A stretch of DNA of 64,000 bases from Octopus bimaculoides (taxonomy: Eukaryota): contig NC_068981.1 in assembly GCF_001194135.2 (NCBI RefSeq), forward strand, positions 94,254,722 to 94,318,721. Direction: 5' to 3'. Both the position numbers and the translations under genes were made by a program. The notes beneath the pieces were generated by a model that was not told the DNA's origin, made no database searches, and worked only from the letters and a program-made list of their open reading frames with translations. Position 1 is the first letter of the stretch. Each line of letters starts with the position of its first letter. This document shows, in pieces, positions 1 to 13,055 of this stretch.

Positions 1-114
1 GGTGTCTTGCTGTAGAGGAGATATATGGTTACCCAATCAGAGAATGAGAGCAAGAGAGAGAGAGAAAGGGAGAAAGGGAGAGAGAGAGAAAGGGAGAAAG
101 AGTGAGAGAGAGAA

Positions 115-268
115 GCTTCTTTCAGTTTCCATCTATCAAATCCATTCACAAGGCTTTGGTCAGCCAGTGGCTATAGTAGAAAACACTTGCCCGAGGTGCC
201 ACGCGGTGGGACTGAACCCAGAACTGTGTGGCTGGGATGCAAGTTCTTACCACACAGCCATGTCTGAG
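115..268 (-). mobile_element. tRNA-derived SINE family A (octopus-type), 5' part
   Basis: Reverse complement of ggctgtgtggtaagaagcttgc..ggcaagtgtcttctactatagc..gaaactgaaagaagc. Confidence 0.8.
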
Positions 269-606
269 TAGAATTAACAAATATATTGCCAGTGATCTGG
301 CACAAAACCCAATCTTTAATGGTGTAATAATACCAATAGAAAAGCAAATTGCTCTGCAATTACAGAAGACTGATTCTTGTTGGGGTGTTTGTTGAAGTTT
401 TTATTGAAGTGTTTGTTGTGTTCTACTTTAGATGCTGTTGGTTGTTGAATTTGTTACAAAAGTCATTTGTAAGGTCACAAAGTGAAACACTTCAAAAAGG
501 GAGTAATTAGATTGAAATTTCTCCATGTTTTTTTTTCCTTTTAGAAACATTGTATTTCTAACCTGACATTACTGTAATACAAGCATTTGTCTTGTTTCTT
601 TTCTAG

Positions 607-727
607 AAAATTTGTTGGTGCAATCATTGATTTTCCCAAACCTCTAATTGCTTTGGTAAATGGTCCAGCTGTTGGGATTTCAGTTACAGCGCTTGGTTTG
701 TTTGATGCTGTTTATGCCTCAGATAAG
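607..727 (+). CDS. ECI2: ECI2 exon (window exon 1)
   Basis: ttctag|A AAA TTT..GAT AAG|gttggt; [40 protein letters not shown]. Confidence 0.95.
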
Positions 728-2079
728 GTTGGTTTGATTGATTACCTATTCTATCATTCCTTCTTTTCTTCCTTCCTTTCTTTTTTCATTCCTTATTTCC
801 TTCTTTCTGTACAATTGTCATAAAGTCTATTTTCCCACACTAATATGAGTTGTGTAGATTGCCATATTGCATATGACTGTTCAGTTTACTGTTTTTGCCA
901 TCTCTTCTAGGAATTCCAACATCCTTAGATATTCCTTTCATGCAAGTGCCTCCCACAAAACACTTTTTCATGTCACATTCATCATCCATTTGCATCTCAT
1001 GTCCTTATCAACACAGCTGTCTTCCCCTACAAACTTTGGCTGCTACACTTAACCCTTTAGCATTTAAAGGGTTAAATGCAGCCCAAATATTCTACCTGGT
1101 TTATGTTCAAACCAGACAGATCTGGCCTCTCATCTACTCTACAATATTATTTTAAAAATAAAAATCACATCTTTGAAATTTCAATACAGGATTAATTTTT
1201 TAAAATGTGAATAAATAAATATTACATTTGAGAGAGTAATCTGAATGCTAAAAGGTTAAAAACACAGTGGTTACACTGTCTCAGTTTGTACTTTATTCTT
1301 TATGCAAGCTAACATTCTATGGCTAATGAATCATGTTCACCTCATTTCATTGTGGCTGCCTTAAATCTCCCACTTCCACTGTTTATGTCACAGAATATGT
1401 TTGCATTATACTTTTTACACACTATTCTTACACTATCTTTTGTACAGAGAGTAAAGCCTTTTGTTTCTACTAGAGGTTACACCTCTCTGAACTTCATTCA
1501 CTTCTTTCTTTCTCTAGTTATTATGGTCTTCCATTGAAGTCATTTCAGCATTTATTAAATCACCTATTTGACAGAAAAACTTTGTCTAGTGAACCATTCA
1601 TGCTTTTTCTCTTAGCTACAAAGCCCTGGTTCTCTGTCAACCTACCAAAGATTCTACACCTACTTGTGCACTAAACTTCTCTTCCCCAGCCTCGACTTTG
1701 CTAATGTTTCTAGGTATATCTTACTTTTGTATGTGGTTTGGGTGGTTCCTTTACACCTAGTATCTTTAGTGCCACCAGACTATGTGCATAAAGCCCTTGT
1801 CAAATGCTGTCTCTAGATTAACAACTGCAAATTAGAGTGCTTTATTCTCTTATACTTACTTCACTACATCTTTTAAAGTACATATTAAATTATCTCAGAG
1901 CAAATTAAAATAATCTTGAAGCAAATTAGAATGATCAGACAAGTCTAATATATGTTTTGACACACACCTCATCTTAAGCACCACAATTTTAGTCGATGTA
2001 AGCAAGATAATCACTGAGGGTGCACAACAATATCTTGAAAGCTATGGCTTTATATTTGTGTAAATTAAAGAAAGAAGAA

Positions 2080-2130
<51 letters not shown>

Positions 2131-5100
2131 NNNNNNNNNNNNNNNNNNNNNNNNNNNNNNNNNNNNNNNNNNNNNNNNNNNNNNNNNNNNNNNNNNNNNN
2201 NNNNNNNNNNNNNNNNNNNNNNNNNNNNNNNNNNNNNNNNNNNNNNNNNNNNNNNNNNNNNNNNNNNNNNNNNNNNNNNNNNNNNNNNNNNNNNNNNNNN
2301 NNNNNNNNNNNNNNNNNNNNNNNNNNNNNNNNNNNNNNNNNNNNNNNNNNNNNNNNNNNNNNNNNNNNNNNNNNNNNNNNNNNNNNNNNNNNNNNNNNNN
2401 NNNNNNNNNATATATACATACATATATATATAAAACAAGTTTAAAATAATGTTTTTACATATCTTTCTTTATTGGAGCAAATTTGGCTTACAGCTGTTTC
2501 CAGTAGTCATTATAGGTACGTTACTGATAGGTTTACTCAATTGGTCTATTGATCAGTTGAGAAAAATTGAATGACCTAAAAAAATTAATGCTACTTTTGT
2601 CAGAGCCATTTCTGGTTATATATCACTCTGTGTAAAAACCAGTTTGTCTGGAGCCCATCCATGGATTTACAATATAGAATTGTGATGAACCATAACCTTG
2701 GACCCTGCCATAAGAATACCTGGAGTTCTTCACTAATCTAAATGATATTGTTAACCTGGTGTACTAACAGAGAGCTTATGAAGTATTTTTCTCAGATTAA
2801 TAGCCCCTCTCTATTTGCTGCACGTGCGCATGCACACACACACACGTATGTATATATAACATAAAGGAATGGGGATTTCAAACTAAATTTGGCTAACTAT
2901 ATTGGCCGCAGGCAAATGACTGAAACAAGTAAAAGAGTAAAAGAGTTTACAATATATAAGATGTAGACATGTGTATCTCTTATGCAAGTATGTTAGTATT
3001 CTTAGATGCAATGGTTCTGTACAACTAATTTATTCTTATGAAATCTATTTAATATGTATTGATTAGTTGTACAGAACCATCACATCTAATGATCCTAAAA
3101 TGCTTGTCTAACAGAAACGTGTGTCAACATCTTATATTTGTATATGTGTATAAACATTACCTCTATTTTCTTCGTATTACTGGACTCCATGTGTGCTGCT
3201 TCCTTAGAAATATTTATTGCTTTTAGGCATATATCATTACTTCTGCTGTACTTTAAATTTTAAAGAACATTTAGATGTTCTAAACATGATTATTGTAATA
3301 CAAGAAAACAAACTTCAAATGGCTGCTGAATCCCTGATTTTGTGGACAATATTCTGGTGTCCTCTCTCAACATTTTCTGCTGCTACTATAATGGTGTCTG
3401 TTCTTTGGACCTGGCTGGACTCATATTACCACCACTCAAGCAATCTAATCCCATTGGTCGCTCCTCCTCTTAACAACCTTGTGTGTTCATTCCCATGCAC
3501 TAGGTCAATCATTAATCATTTTGCCTAGTCATTTCTTCCCAGAATGTCATGCCCCTCTAATTCCCTTCTTCTTTATGTCTTTCCTGCAAGAGTTGAAGTG
3601 TGAAGAGTCAACGTGTGATTAAGGTATTCAACTCATGATCATAAGGTCATGATTTCTGCTAGCATGCTGTGTCCTTGAGCAAGACACTTTATTTCACATT
3701 GCTCCAGTCCATTCAGCTGGCAAAAATGAGTAGTACCTGTTTTTTCAAAGGGCCATCCTTATTACATTGTGTGTCACACTGAATCTCCCTGAGAACTACA
3801 TTAAGAATACACATGTCTGTGGAGTGCTCAGCCACTTGCATGTTAATTTCATAAGTAGGCTGTTCCATTGATTGGATCAACTGGAACCCTCATTGTCATA
3901 ACTGATGGAGTGCTAGGGGCAAGACTTGAATTGCTACTGTTCAAGTAGTATATTAATGGCACCAATCTCACTTGTCTTGGAGAGTCTGCTAAGGCCATAA
4001 GCACCACCTTTCTTCTGGGCCAGTGGTTCTCAACTGGGGTCCTTGTGATCCTTGGAAGTCCATGTAAGATTTTGTTGTTAAAATTTATGAGCAATAAGTT
4101 GCTTTAACTTCTACAATGCACAAAATTCGCCCTGCATTGAGTACTGCCGTCACATATGAGCAGGTGCTCCTGTGAATTGTTTAACTCTACTGGACTGCAT
4201 TCAACACTGTATTTGTAATGCTATCAGTCATTGTCACTCTCTCATTGTCATCGTGTAGCTTCCTTGTCTCTTTTCTATAAGTATTTTCATGGACATTATT
4301 CAGCTGAGCTCTCTTCTCTGGTTCCTCCTTTAAGAACTTATCAGTGACCAACTAGACTTGCATCCAGTTCTCATCAGTATACTGTGCAACCTCCTAAGTG
4401 TCATAAAGTACTTTACAGTACCAGTTTCTTCCCTCGTACCTCTGAACTTTGGAATTCCCTTCCTTAGTCTTGTTTTCCTCTTCAATATGACCTTCAGTCT
4501 TTTCAGTCTAATGTACATCGTCACCTAATTACTTCCGTCTAGCGTCCATTTTATTCTAGTAGCTTTTACATTTTAAGTGGTCTAAGGACCTTGTAACAAG
4601 CGAATGCTTTAAAAAAAAGAAAAGATGCAATTCCTAATAATGTTTAGTGAAGGTGCATAGCTTAGCGGTTAGAGCATCATGCTCACAATCATAAGGTAGT
4701 GAGTTCAGTTCCTGGACCGGACTGTGTCTTGTGTTCTTGAATAAGACACTTTATTTCACGTTGCTCCAGTTCACTCAGCTGTAGAAATGAGTTGCGATGT
4801 CACAGGTTCCAAGCTGTATCGACCTTTGCCTTTCCCTTGGATAATATTGGTGGTATGGAGAAGGGAGGCTGGTATGCATGGGTGACTGCTGGTCTTCCAT
4901 ACACAAACTTTCCCAGACTTGTACCTCAGAGGGTAACTTTCTAGGTGCAATCCCATGGTCATTCATGACCAAAGAGGGTCTTTACCCATTACCCAATAAT
5001 ATTTAATTATAAAAATATAACAGAATTTATTTTTTTAACATGGGTGTCCAGTGGAGCAAAATAGGAATCAAAAGGGTCCATAGGCAAAATATGGTTGAGA

Positions 5101-8100
5101 ATCTCTGCTCTAGACTCAGCAAGTTAAAAAAAAAAAAAGCAATTGTACTCTATCCTCACATTTACTTTTTATAGCCACTGCCATGCTTTTATTTTTTTTA
5201 TTCATTTCACTCATTAGACTGTGGCCATGCTGGGACATGGCCTTGAAGGCTTTAGTTGGACAATGAAATAGGTACTAGGCTTAAAAAGAAAAGTACTGGG
5301 ATTGGTCTTTTTTTGCTGAACTGGTAAGCTATGGGGATATAAACAAACCAATACTGGTTGTGAAGTAGTGGTGTGGGAATAAACACACACACACACACAC
5401 ACACACACTGGGCTTCTTTCAGTTTCTGTCAGCCAAATCCACTCACATGGCTTTGGTTGGCTTATGCTTATGGGTGTTTGATGATAACATTAACTATAGA
5501 CATGTATTTGTCTGTGCTCTGCTTAGAATATCTTACTTTTAGTTATAAAAGTATTAATAATCATTTCATATATCTTCTTTTATCTTTAAATCATTTCACT
5601 CATTGGACTGCTGCTATGCTGGGGTACTATCTTAAAGGATTTAGATCAGAAGTTCTCAACTGGGGTCCATATGGCCCCTAATGGTCCATATAAGATTTTT
5701 GGAGGTCCACATAACAAAATAGTAAATTGTGGATCCACAATAATATTTTAAGGGCTCTTGAAAAAAATTTGCTTTAGATGTATGTATTGGTATTATTGTA
5801 AGAACAGATAGGTTTCTTTCTCCAACATTTTACATAGTTCAACCTACACAAGTTAATATATGAAAAACAAAATAGGAATTTTGAAAGAGGTTTCTATAAG
5901 ANNNNNNNNNNNNNNNNNNNNNNNNNNNNNNNNNNNNNNNNNNNNNNNNNNNNNNNNNNNNNNNNNNNNNNNNNNNNNNNNNNNNNNNNNNNNNNNNNNN
6001 NNNNNNNNACCAGAATAGAATAGTAACCAACGGGGTCCATAAATAAAAAAATGGTTGAGAAGCTCTGGTTTAGATGAACAAATTGATTCCAGTACGTATT
6101 TTTATAAGTTTGGTATTTTATTCTGCTGGTCTCTTTTGCAGAACCACTGAGTTACAGGGCTGTAAACAAACCAACACTGGTTGTCAAGCAGTGAAGGCTG
6201 GGGGTGGCACAAATGCAAAGGCACACACAAATGTATATGACAGGCTTGCACACAATTTCTGCCTGCCAGATTCACTCACAAGACTTTAGTTGGCCCACAG
6301 CTATAGTAGAAGACACTTGCTCAGGGTACTGAAACCACATATAGTTGTAAAGCAGACTTCTTAATTTCACAGCCATGTCTGCACTTGTAAATATGAATAT
6401 AAATAATGATTTCAGTATTAATTTTTAAGGCAGTGAGTTGGCAGAATTGTTACTGTGCCAGGTAAAATGCTTAGTGGCATTTCGTTCATCTTTATGTTCT
6501 GAGTTCAAATTCTAGCAGGGTCAATTTTGCCTCTCATCCTTTTGGGGTCGATAAAATAAGTACCAGCTCAGTCCTGGGGTTGATGTAATTTACTTACCTA
6601 CCTTTTACCTCGAAATTGCTGGCCTTGTGTCAAAATCTGAAACCAATATTGGTATTTATTTTGTATAATTCAGAATCCCTGTATGGGAAACCTTCTTGTA
6701 TTATATTAGTAATGGTACATAAAATCTGGTTTTTCAGGCAACATTCCACACTCCATTTTCATCTCTAGGCCAGTCACCTGAAGGATGTTCTTCATATGTA
6801 TTTCCAAAGATCATGGGAACAGCAAAGGTAAGTTCATTTTGTATTATTTATACTATATGATTCAGCTTAGTGTCCTCTATTAATCCTCTTTATATTGAAG
6901 CACCTACACCACTACAACAGAAAAATTTGATCTCCTATATTGTAATGTCAGTGTATTTATTTTCTTCTCTTTGTCTATCACCGCCAACAAGAACACCATC
7001 ATCACCACTGTTGTTGCTGCTACCACAACTGTTACTATCATTGTCACCATCATTGTTTTAACATTTTTTGCACCCAATGGTGCATCATGTATCTACATAA
7101 CAGCAAAATGCCATTCTTTATTTTCTTTGAAGTAAATTAATTGTAAAACCAAATTTTTATTTATAGCCTTACATTTGGCAAAGATGCTGCTGTCTTTAGT
7201 ATTTTATCATTTGACTATTATACAGAAGTAAAACTTTCTTTTTATCTTTACCTTTTCCACTTGGTTGTTTTCTGAGAAATGGTTTTGAGTTTAACATGCT
7301 CCACTGCTGACTAATGAAATCAGGAGTTCAAATATTGTATAAGGTATTGCTGAAACAGGATGAAAATGTTGCAATGAAGCTTGTTGCATTAAACATCATT
7401 ACACGCTAGGATTTAGAACTTAACTTTGATGTTAAATATGTCAAAGGAATCAGGTATTTTTGAGAGCTTGGTCACAATTTTGTAGCAGAGCATATATGAT
7501 ATGCAGACTAACCAATCAGAAGAAAATTAACAGATAGAACTGGTGAGCAGAAGAAGACTGAAAGTGGAGACTGGTTAAAAGAAGCAAAAGAGTTACAGGG
7601 CTATACTGCTGTCTTAATAAAAAAAGGGAACTTCACTTTTAATTAGCATGCAATTTCTAGGAAAAGGGATTGTTAGAACCAGAATGCCTATTGATCCTAG
7701 GTCTGTTAGGTTATGGCTGATCTGGTACTAATCAACGAGCAGCCTTCTGGTTGCTGGTTAAAATATAACAAGTCATTATCACTACAAAAGTCTTTATCAT
7801 AAAAAGATGTTTGAAGTTGTTTTGGAACATATATGAAGCATTGAATCTTATTTCATATGTATACTATTTATTAAATTTTGCAGGCATCTGAGATACTTTT
7901 ATTTAATAAGAAGTTAACGGCTAAAGAAGCATTTGAACGGAATTTGGTGACTGAAGTTATACCCCATGGCTCATTTGTTGAGGAAACAGAAGCAAAGATG
8001 AAATTATTTGCTTCTTTTCCTCCTCAGGTAAATACTTCTTTGGCAATAGATTTTTCTTCTTTTTGTTTAATTTAGTAGAAGCACTAATACTGAACTTACA

Positions 8101-8206
8101 TCATGCTAATGTGTTAAACCAATAACCATATACTGTAGTTCTTAGTTAAAAATTAAAACTTTGTCCATTTAAAAAAATTCCTTTCCACAAATATGTACAA
8201 CCAGGA

Positions 8207-8244
<38 letters not shown>

Positions 8245-10570
8245 TTGTGCTCCTCTGAGAAAAAAAAATCACTCAGTTATGGATTTTGATGTTGTTGAAT
8301 TTTCTCCTGTCAAGAGGTCTTCTGCTGGTTTTGTACTCACAAAAATATTTGGTAAAGAGTATCCCTTACCTGAAAAACAGGTAAGGGTTAGTGATAAGAA
8401 GGGCATCCAGCTGTATTATATTTGTCTGACTTATGCTAGCATGGAAAAACACATAAAAATAAAATGAACAATATATGGCAAGGCTGTGTGGTAAGAAGCT
8501 TGCTTCCCAACCACATGGTTCAGGGCTTAGTCCCACTGTATGGCACCTTGGGCAAGTGTCTTCTACTATAGCCTCAGACTGATCAAAGTCTTGTGAGTGG
8601 GTTTGGTAGATGGAAGCTGAAAGAAACCTGTCGTGTATATAAATATACCATGAGCTCCAGCTCCTCTCCGAGCATTGGGTTCGTCAGTTTCCATCCAGTC
8701 TCCTTGGTTGATGTTTATGCTGAAATTGACTTTGGAGTCCATGTTGGTGGTGAAAGAGTCATGGGCAGAACTTGTATGGGATGGTCAGTGCAGGTCGAGG
8801 ATGTTGAAGATTCTCCTTTCTTCTCCTGCATCTAGCTTTCTCATTCTGTTGTCTGTTCTGCTCGAAAGAGCTGGTTTAATTACAGATAGCAGTCCTCCAG
8901 GCTGTCCTATCCAGGGCAATCTGTTTTCATGAGGATGGCTGGATATTAGCTTGAGCCAAGGTCTGTTTGAGCTGGTCTTTAAAATGGAATTTCAGACCTC
9001 CTCTGGGTCTTGTTCTGATTGCAAGTTCTCTGTAGAACATGACCCTTGGGAAATGAGAGGGCTCCATACGTTGGATGTGACCTGCCCAGCAGAGACGATG
9101 GCAAAGAATGGTGGCTTCGACATTTAGTAGTGAGGTACAGCGAAGAACCTCATTGTTGGTAACGTGATCTTCCCATTGTATGTTGAGGATCTATCATAGC
9201 TTTGATTGTTGGAAGCATTCAAGGCACTTGAAGTCATGGTGTCCCTCATTATTAGGCAAAATCAACCTTCTCTCAATAAATAAATGTATATTCATTCAAG
9301 ACCAGTTGTTTTCCCACTGACTGTTGGCAACACCTATCTGCACACATTCTGTTAAAAAATAAATTGAATCTGCACAGATGCCAACAAATGGCATCCATTT
9401 TTGTGATTGGGCAACATTTTCCCCATCACAAATTATTAGACAAGTATAATAAAAATGATAATTGTGTCAGAACAAACATTTATCTAATTCAACAGTAAAG
9501 GTTTAACAAAAAAATTATTCATAAAGGACTTAATGGTAAACATAATAATAAGTTTGAATGAAAATAATCATGGGATTGTGATGTCATACAGCTCCTAATG
9601 TTTGATGTATGATCCTCCACATACAATAACCTCCCTTCTATGCTGATCCATTGAATTTATTAAGGTGATGATATCCTCTTGTAACATGCTTTGAGCAGCA
9701 TCTACAATAGCATCCCAAAGGGCAACTTTACGTAAAACTGCCATCCATCTTGGTAAGTGCGCCTCTTCAGGACATTCCACAAGTTCTCGATTGGGTTTAA
9801 GTCAGGGGAACAAGGTGGCCACTCCATCAAACGACCTTCAGAGAAGCCTATTTGCTGTAGGTATTCCTTGTAATTCTTTGCTGCATGAGATGGGGCATTA
9901 TGTTGCATGAAGACCAGCTTTCTCTTGAACGAAAATTTTTGCTTTTTGAACCACAGTTGGAAATTGTCCTTTAAGAAGGTGACATATATTTTTTTAAGAA
10001 GGTGACATATATTTTTTTAAGAAGGTGACATATATTTTTGATGTCATCTTAATGCCATCTGGGACTCTCCTTGGTCCAGCCATCATACCACCAACAATGT
10101 CAGTCCAAAACGTGATCCCACCTCCCAACTGTTGGCGTCTCAAACAATGAGGATTGTTCCCGCTGATTGATACCCAACCTTTACTCCAGCCATTCGGTCT
10201 GTCAAGGGTAGGACGACATTTGCCAGTGAACAGAACTGTTGAAAAATCTATCTTCATGTATTCTGCCCATTTCAGTCTCTTCTGTTTATGAACAGCCTCC
10301 AAAAGGGGCTTTGTAACAGGTTTAACATTCCTGGCTACCTGCTTCAAGAGGCGACACCTAATAGTTTTCAATACATCTTCCTTGCCACAATGTTGAAAAC
10401 TTCTCTAACTGTCTGGATGTTTTGTGTTCGTGTCCTATTTTGTATTATATATATATATATNNNNNNNNNNNNNNNNNNNNNNNNNNNNNNNNNNNNNNNN
10501 NNNNNNNNNNNNNNNNNNNNNNNNNNNNNNNNNCTATTTATATTTTTAGCGGAATACGTACACTTTGTCT

Positions 10571-10606
<36 letters not shown>

Positions 10607-12779
10607 TTTATAGATATCTCTGACTGAAATTAAATTAACAGTAGAAATGGGAACAATGCTATGTACTTAAATTTCCTTATGCAATCATTATCTCTTCTCA
10701 AGTTCCTGATATATATGCTTTCATATTTTGAGTACTAAATATAGCTTTCGAACTGAATCCACATTGATACCTTCAACAGTGGTCTAAACCTAAGAGGCAA
10801 TATAATAGATTCTGCTTCTTTTATAAGCTGTTCAGAAAAAGTTATAAATATGTCATTTCAAATGGCCCCTAATATTGTTTTCCTCTAATTTACTGAATGA
10901 AATTCCTGAATCTGTTTATAAATTTCTAAATTCTTTTTAAATTCAAATCTAAGGACTGGATTATTGGTTTGACATATAGCTTATGTAAATTTGACTTCAC
11001 TTGTTCATTTAACATTAAACAGCAGCAATAGTGGGTAGCAGTAGCAGCTTTTCGTTTTTGTGCTAACTCCTTTTTAATAATGTGGCTGTGAACTATGAGT
11101 GTGAGCTGAAATGTTCACAGCCTGACTATGAAGGAGTGATGCTAGAGCTGTGAAATCTTGTGTGCATTAATTTCAACTCTCCTTATTCATAACTGTATTG
11201 TTTCTCTCTTGGTAGTCTGACATGTGACTGTTCAAAGAAGACTTCAAAAGTAACTAGTAGCAACTTCTCTTGAAAATCGACAAAATTTGGCATCATGGTG
11301 TTATCAAGTACCTGCTGAAAAAGAGTTTAGCCCCCAATGTCATTCATGCTGAAATGGTTGCTACATTAGGGTATGACACTCCAGCTTTATCAACAGTGCA
11401 AAAGCATGTAGCTAAATTTTGGAGGGAAAGGGGGAGTCTTGAAGATAACCTGAGGTCTGAATGTCCTGTAACTGCTACCACCGAGGAAAACATTAATTGT
11501 ATTCGCCACATGGTGATGGATGACAGGCAACCAATTATAAATCGAATAGTCAATGCTATTAGCATATCCTGTGAGAGATTTGAGAATATTCTACACAGTG
11601 AACTTGGTATGATGAAGGTTTTTGCTTGGTAGGTGCTATGTCTTCTGACACCCGATCAAAAGCACATCAGGCTGATCAAATCATAAGAAAATGTGACATT
11701 GTTTCAGGCAGATCTAGCTGGTTTCCTTGAATGTTTTCTAAGCCAGGATGAGGCAATCCATGCAGTGGAAACCTCACTCCTCACCTGCTCCAAAGAAGGC
11801 CAAGGTTTGAGATGCAAAAGGTATTGTGTTTATTGACTATTTTCAAAAGGGCCACGCAATCAATGGAGAGTGTTATACTAACTTGCTGAGGCAGTTATGA
11901 TAGGCTATCAAGAACAAATGCTCAGGAAAGCTGACAAAAGGTGTCTTGTTTCATTAGGACAGTGCTCCAATATGCAAGTCCTTGGTTCCAGTGGCTGCTG
12001 TGCATGTCTGTGGCTTTGAACTGGTTGATCACCCTCCCTATTCTGATTTGGTTCCATCTGACTATTATCTGTTCCTCGTCAGTTGGTTGGGAACCAGTGT
12101 TGTAGTGACGGTGATATATCTGCTGTTGATGACTTTTTTGACCAACAGGATGAAAACTTCTCCACCAACAGGATCCAAGAACTGCAACACCAGTTAGTTC
12201 AATAAAGCTTATGTCTGAGTAGGTAGAAGTGTGTGGACTGCAAGGGTGAATTATGTTGAAAAATAAACCACATTTGGTCACGGTTAGCCTATGAATTTTT
12301 CAGCTGAGTTTTGTATAACCATCCATAAGCATAAGTTTTGATCAGGGCTGGCCTGGGGTTAAATAACATCATGACATCCATAATATCTTTTCAGACATAA
12401 TAAGCTTTATTGAACCAATGAAAATTTTGTGTTTTTGTCAGTGTCATAGTGAGCTATTTACAGTGAAATACAAACCCTGAAACTGTCATCAGCTAAGATA
12501 ACACATTGATACACCAAAATGTAAAATGAAAATATACCATGCTTTCATTTGTTATCGTTTTTAGATTCTTTTTTTCCATTTTTGTTTATGATTTTCTGAT
12601 CAAAATCTACTTTATTTTTGCAGAGTATGAAGTTCTCTAAAGTTCTCTGTCGAAATAATGAGAAGGAGTTACTGTACCGTGTTGATGAAAATGAAAGAAA
12701 GCTTTTAGTTGAGAGGTGGCAATCAAAAGAATGTGCAGATGCCATCATGGCTTTTTTTCAGAGAAGTTCTAAAATGTAA
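607..12779 (+). CDS. ECI2: Enoyl-CoA delta isomerase 2 (peroxisomal/mitochondrial), 3' part: join(607..727,6738..6827,7884..8027,12624..12779); 5' exons lie upstream of the window
   Basis: Four GT-AG exons translate colinearly to the crotonase-domain C-terminus of ECI2 ([27 protein letters not shown]|[27 protein letters not shown]|[13 protein letters not shown]|..RWQSKEC..SKM*). Confidence 0.95.
1053..1255. mobile_element. piggyBac-type MITE
   Basis: TTAA|ccctttagcatt ... aatgctaaaagg|TTAA. Confidence 0.75.
3002..3089. repeat. 88-nt hairpin with 28-bp arms
   Basis: ttagatgcaatggttctgtacaactaat / attagttgtacagaaccatcacatctaa. Confidence 0.75.
3330..3590 (+). mobile_element. L2/CR1-clade LINE 3' fragment (highly decayed)
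   Basis: [21 protein letters not shown].. followed by a remnant of SFLPR..NSL..VFP. Confidence 0.45.
3600..3915 (+). mobile_element. tRNA-derived SINE family B
   Basis: ..gtccttgagcaagacacttttatttcacattgctccagtccattcagctggcaaaaatgagtag.. Confidence 0.75.
4125..4565 (+). mobile_element. L2/CR1-clade LINE 3' end (decayed)
   Basis: RPCIEYC.HI*AGAP..LLD.IQ..; [29 protein letters not shown]. Confidence 0.7.
4648..4995 (+). mobile_element. SINE family B
   Basis: gcatagcttagcggttagagc..gagttcagttcctgg..gacactttatttcacgttgctccagttcactcagctgtagaaatgag. Confidence 0.8.
5205..5465 (-). mobile_element. SINE family A, 3' part with (CA)n
   Basis: gactgtggccatgctgg..aaacaaaccaa..(ca)n..gggcttctttcagtttc. 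Confidence 0.7.
5647..6067. mobile_element. hAT (Charlie-like) MITE, interrupted by an assembly gap
   Basis: TIR cagaagttctcaac / gttgagaagctctg; 8-bp TSD atttagat / gtttagat. Confidence 0.75.
6105..6384 (-). mobile_element. SINE family A
   Basis: ggtctcttttgcagaaccact..ctatagtagaagacacttgc..cacagccatg. Confidence 0.75.
6428..6655 (+). mobile_element. tRNA-derived SINE family C
   Basis: ggcagtgagttggcagaattgtta..gttctgagttcaaattct..ggggtcgataaaataagtaccag. Confidence 0.8.
6738..6827 (+). CDS. ECI2: ECI2 exon (window exon 2), absent from ORF track
   Basis: ttttcag|GCA..AAG|gtaagt; 90 nt, [30 protein letters not shown]. Confidence 0.95.
7884..8027 (+). CDS. ECI2: ECI2 exon (window exon 3)
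   Basis: ttttgcag|GCA..CAG|gtaaat; [48 protein letters not shown]. Confidence 0.95.
8476..8635 (+). mobile_element. SINE family A, 5' part
   Basis: ggctgtgtggtaagaagcttgcttcccaaccacatgg..gaaagaaacctgtcg. Confidence 0.85.
8650..9245 (-). mobile_element. RTE-clade LINE 3' fragment
   Basis: [57 protein letters not shown]. Confidence 0.85.
9470..10420 (-). mobile_element. Decayed Tc1-type transposase (IS630-Tc1-mariner)
   Basis: Frame-shifted pieces [17 protein letters not shown]..; [30 protein letters not shown]; boundaries approximate. Confidence 0.9.
9973..10039. repeat. 23-bp tandem triplication inside the Tc1 transposase
   Basis: (aagaaggtgacatatattttttt) x3, last unit 21 nt. Confidence 0.9.
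11094..12317 (+). mobile_element. Decayed mariner (DD34D-type) element with degenerate TIRs
   Basis: HTH region [30 protein letters not shown]..; [15 protein letters not shown]; TIR remnants agctgaaa..ttca.ag.ct.ac at both ends, flanked by TA. Confidence 0.88.
12624..12779 (+). CDS. ECI2: ECI2 last coding exon
   Basis: tttttgcag|AGT ATG AAG..TCT AAA ATG TAA; [51 protein letters not shown]. Confidence 0.93.
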   Translation, partial: SMKFSKVLCRNNEKELLYRVDENERKLLVERWQSKECADAIMAFFQRSSKM

Positions 12780-13055
12780 ATTATCTTTTTAGTTATAGAA
12801 ATTCTCTGAAGTAATTACTGAATTATGATAAACATTGATTAAAAAAAGATTCATTGAGTTGATATGTTCTGAAATTAAAAACTAAAAAATTATTAGAACT
12901 TTTCCATTGATAAAAACACTCATATGTATAAAGTGAGCTTTGAATTTCCAGCTTGGAACTTTTTAATGTATTTGAAAAGCTATTCACTAAAAAGTTGTCA
13001 ACAGAGAAAATATCTCAGAGCTATTGTTGTACTTCAACTATAGTTGATATAGAAA

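Larger units (their letters stand above)
4021..5107. mobile_element. hAT MITE of the same family with nested LINE and SINE insertions
   Basis: cagtggttctcaactggggtcc ... gggtccataggcaaaatatggttgagaatctctg; decayed TSD ttctgggc / ctctagac. Confidence 0.6.

Noticed and set aside
1989-2449. Long ORFs spanning N-gaps and (TA)n/(CA)n tracts (also about 10.3, 30.5, 34.6, 41, 48.8-49.5, 53.7, 54.3 and 62.7 kb)
   Set aside because: Artefacts of N runs and dinucleotide repeats (poly-X, YIYI, THTH)
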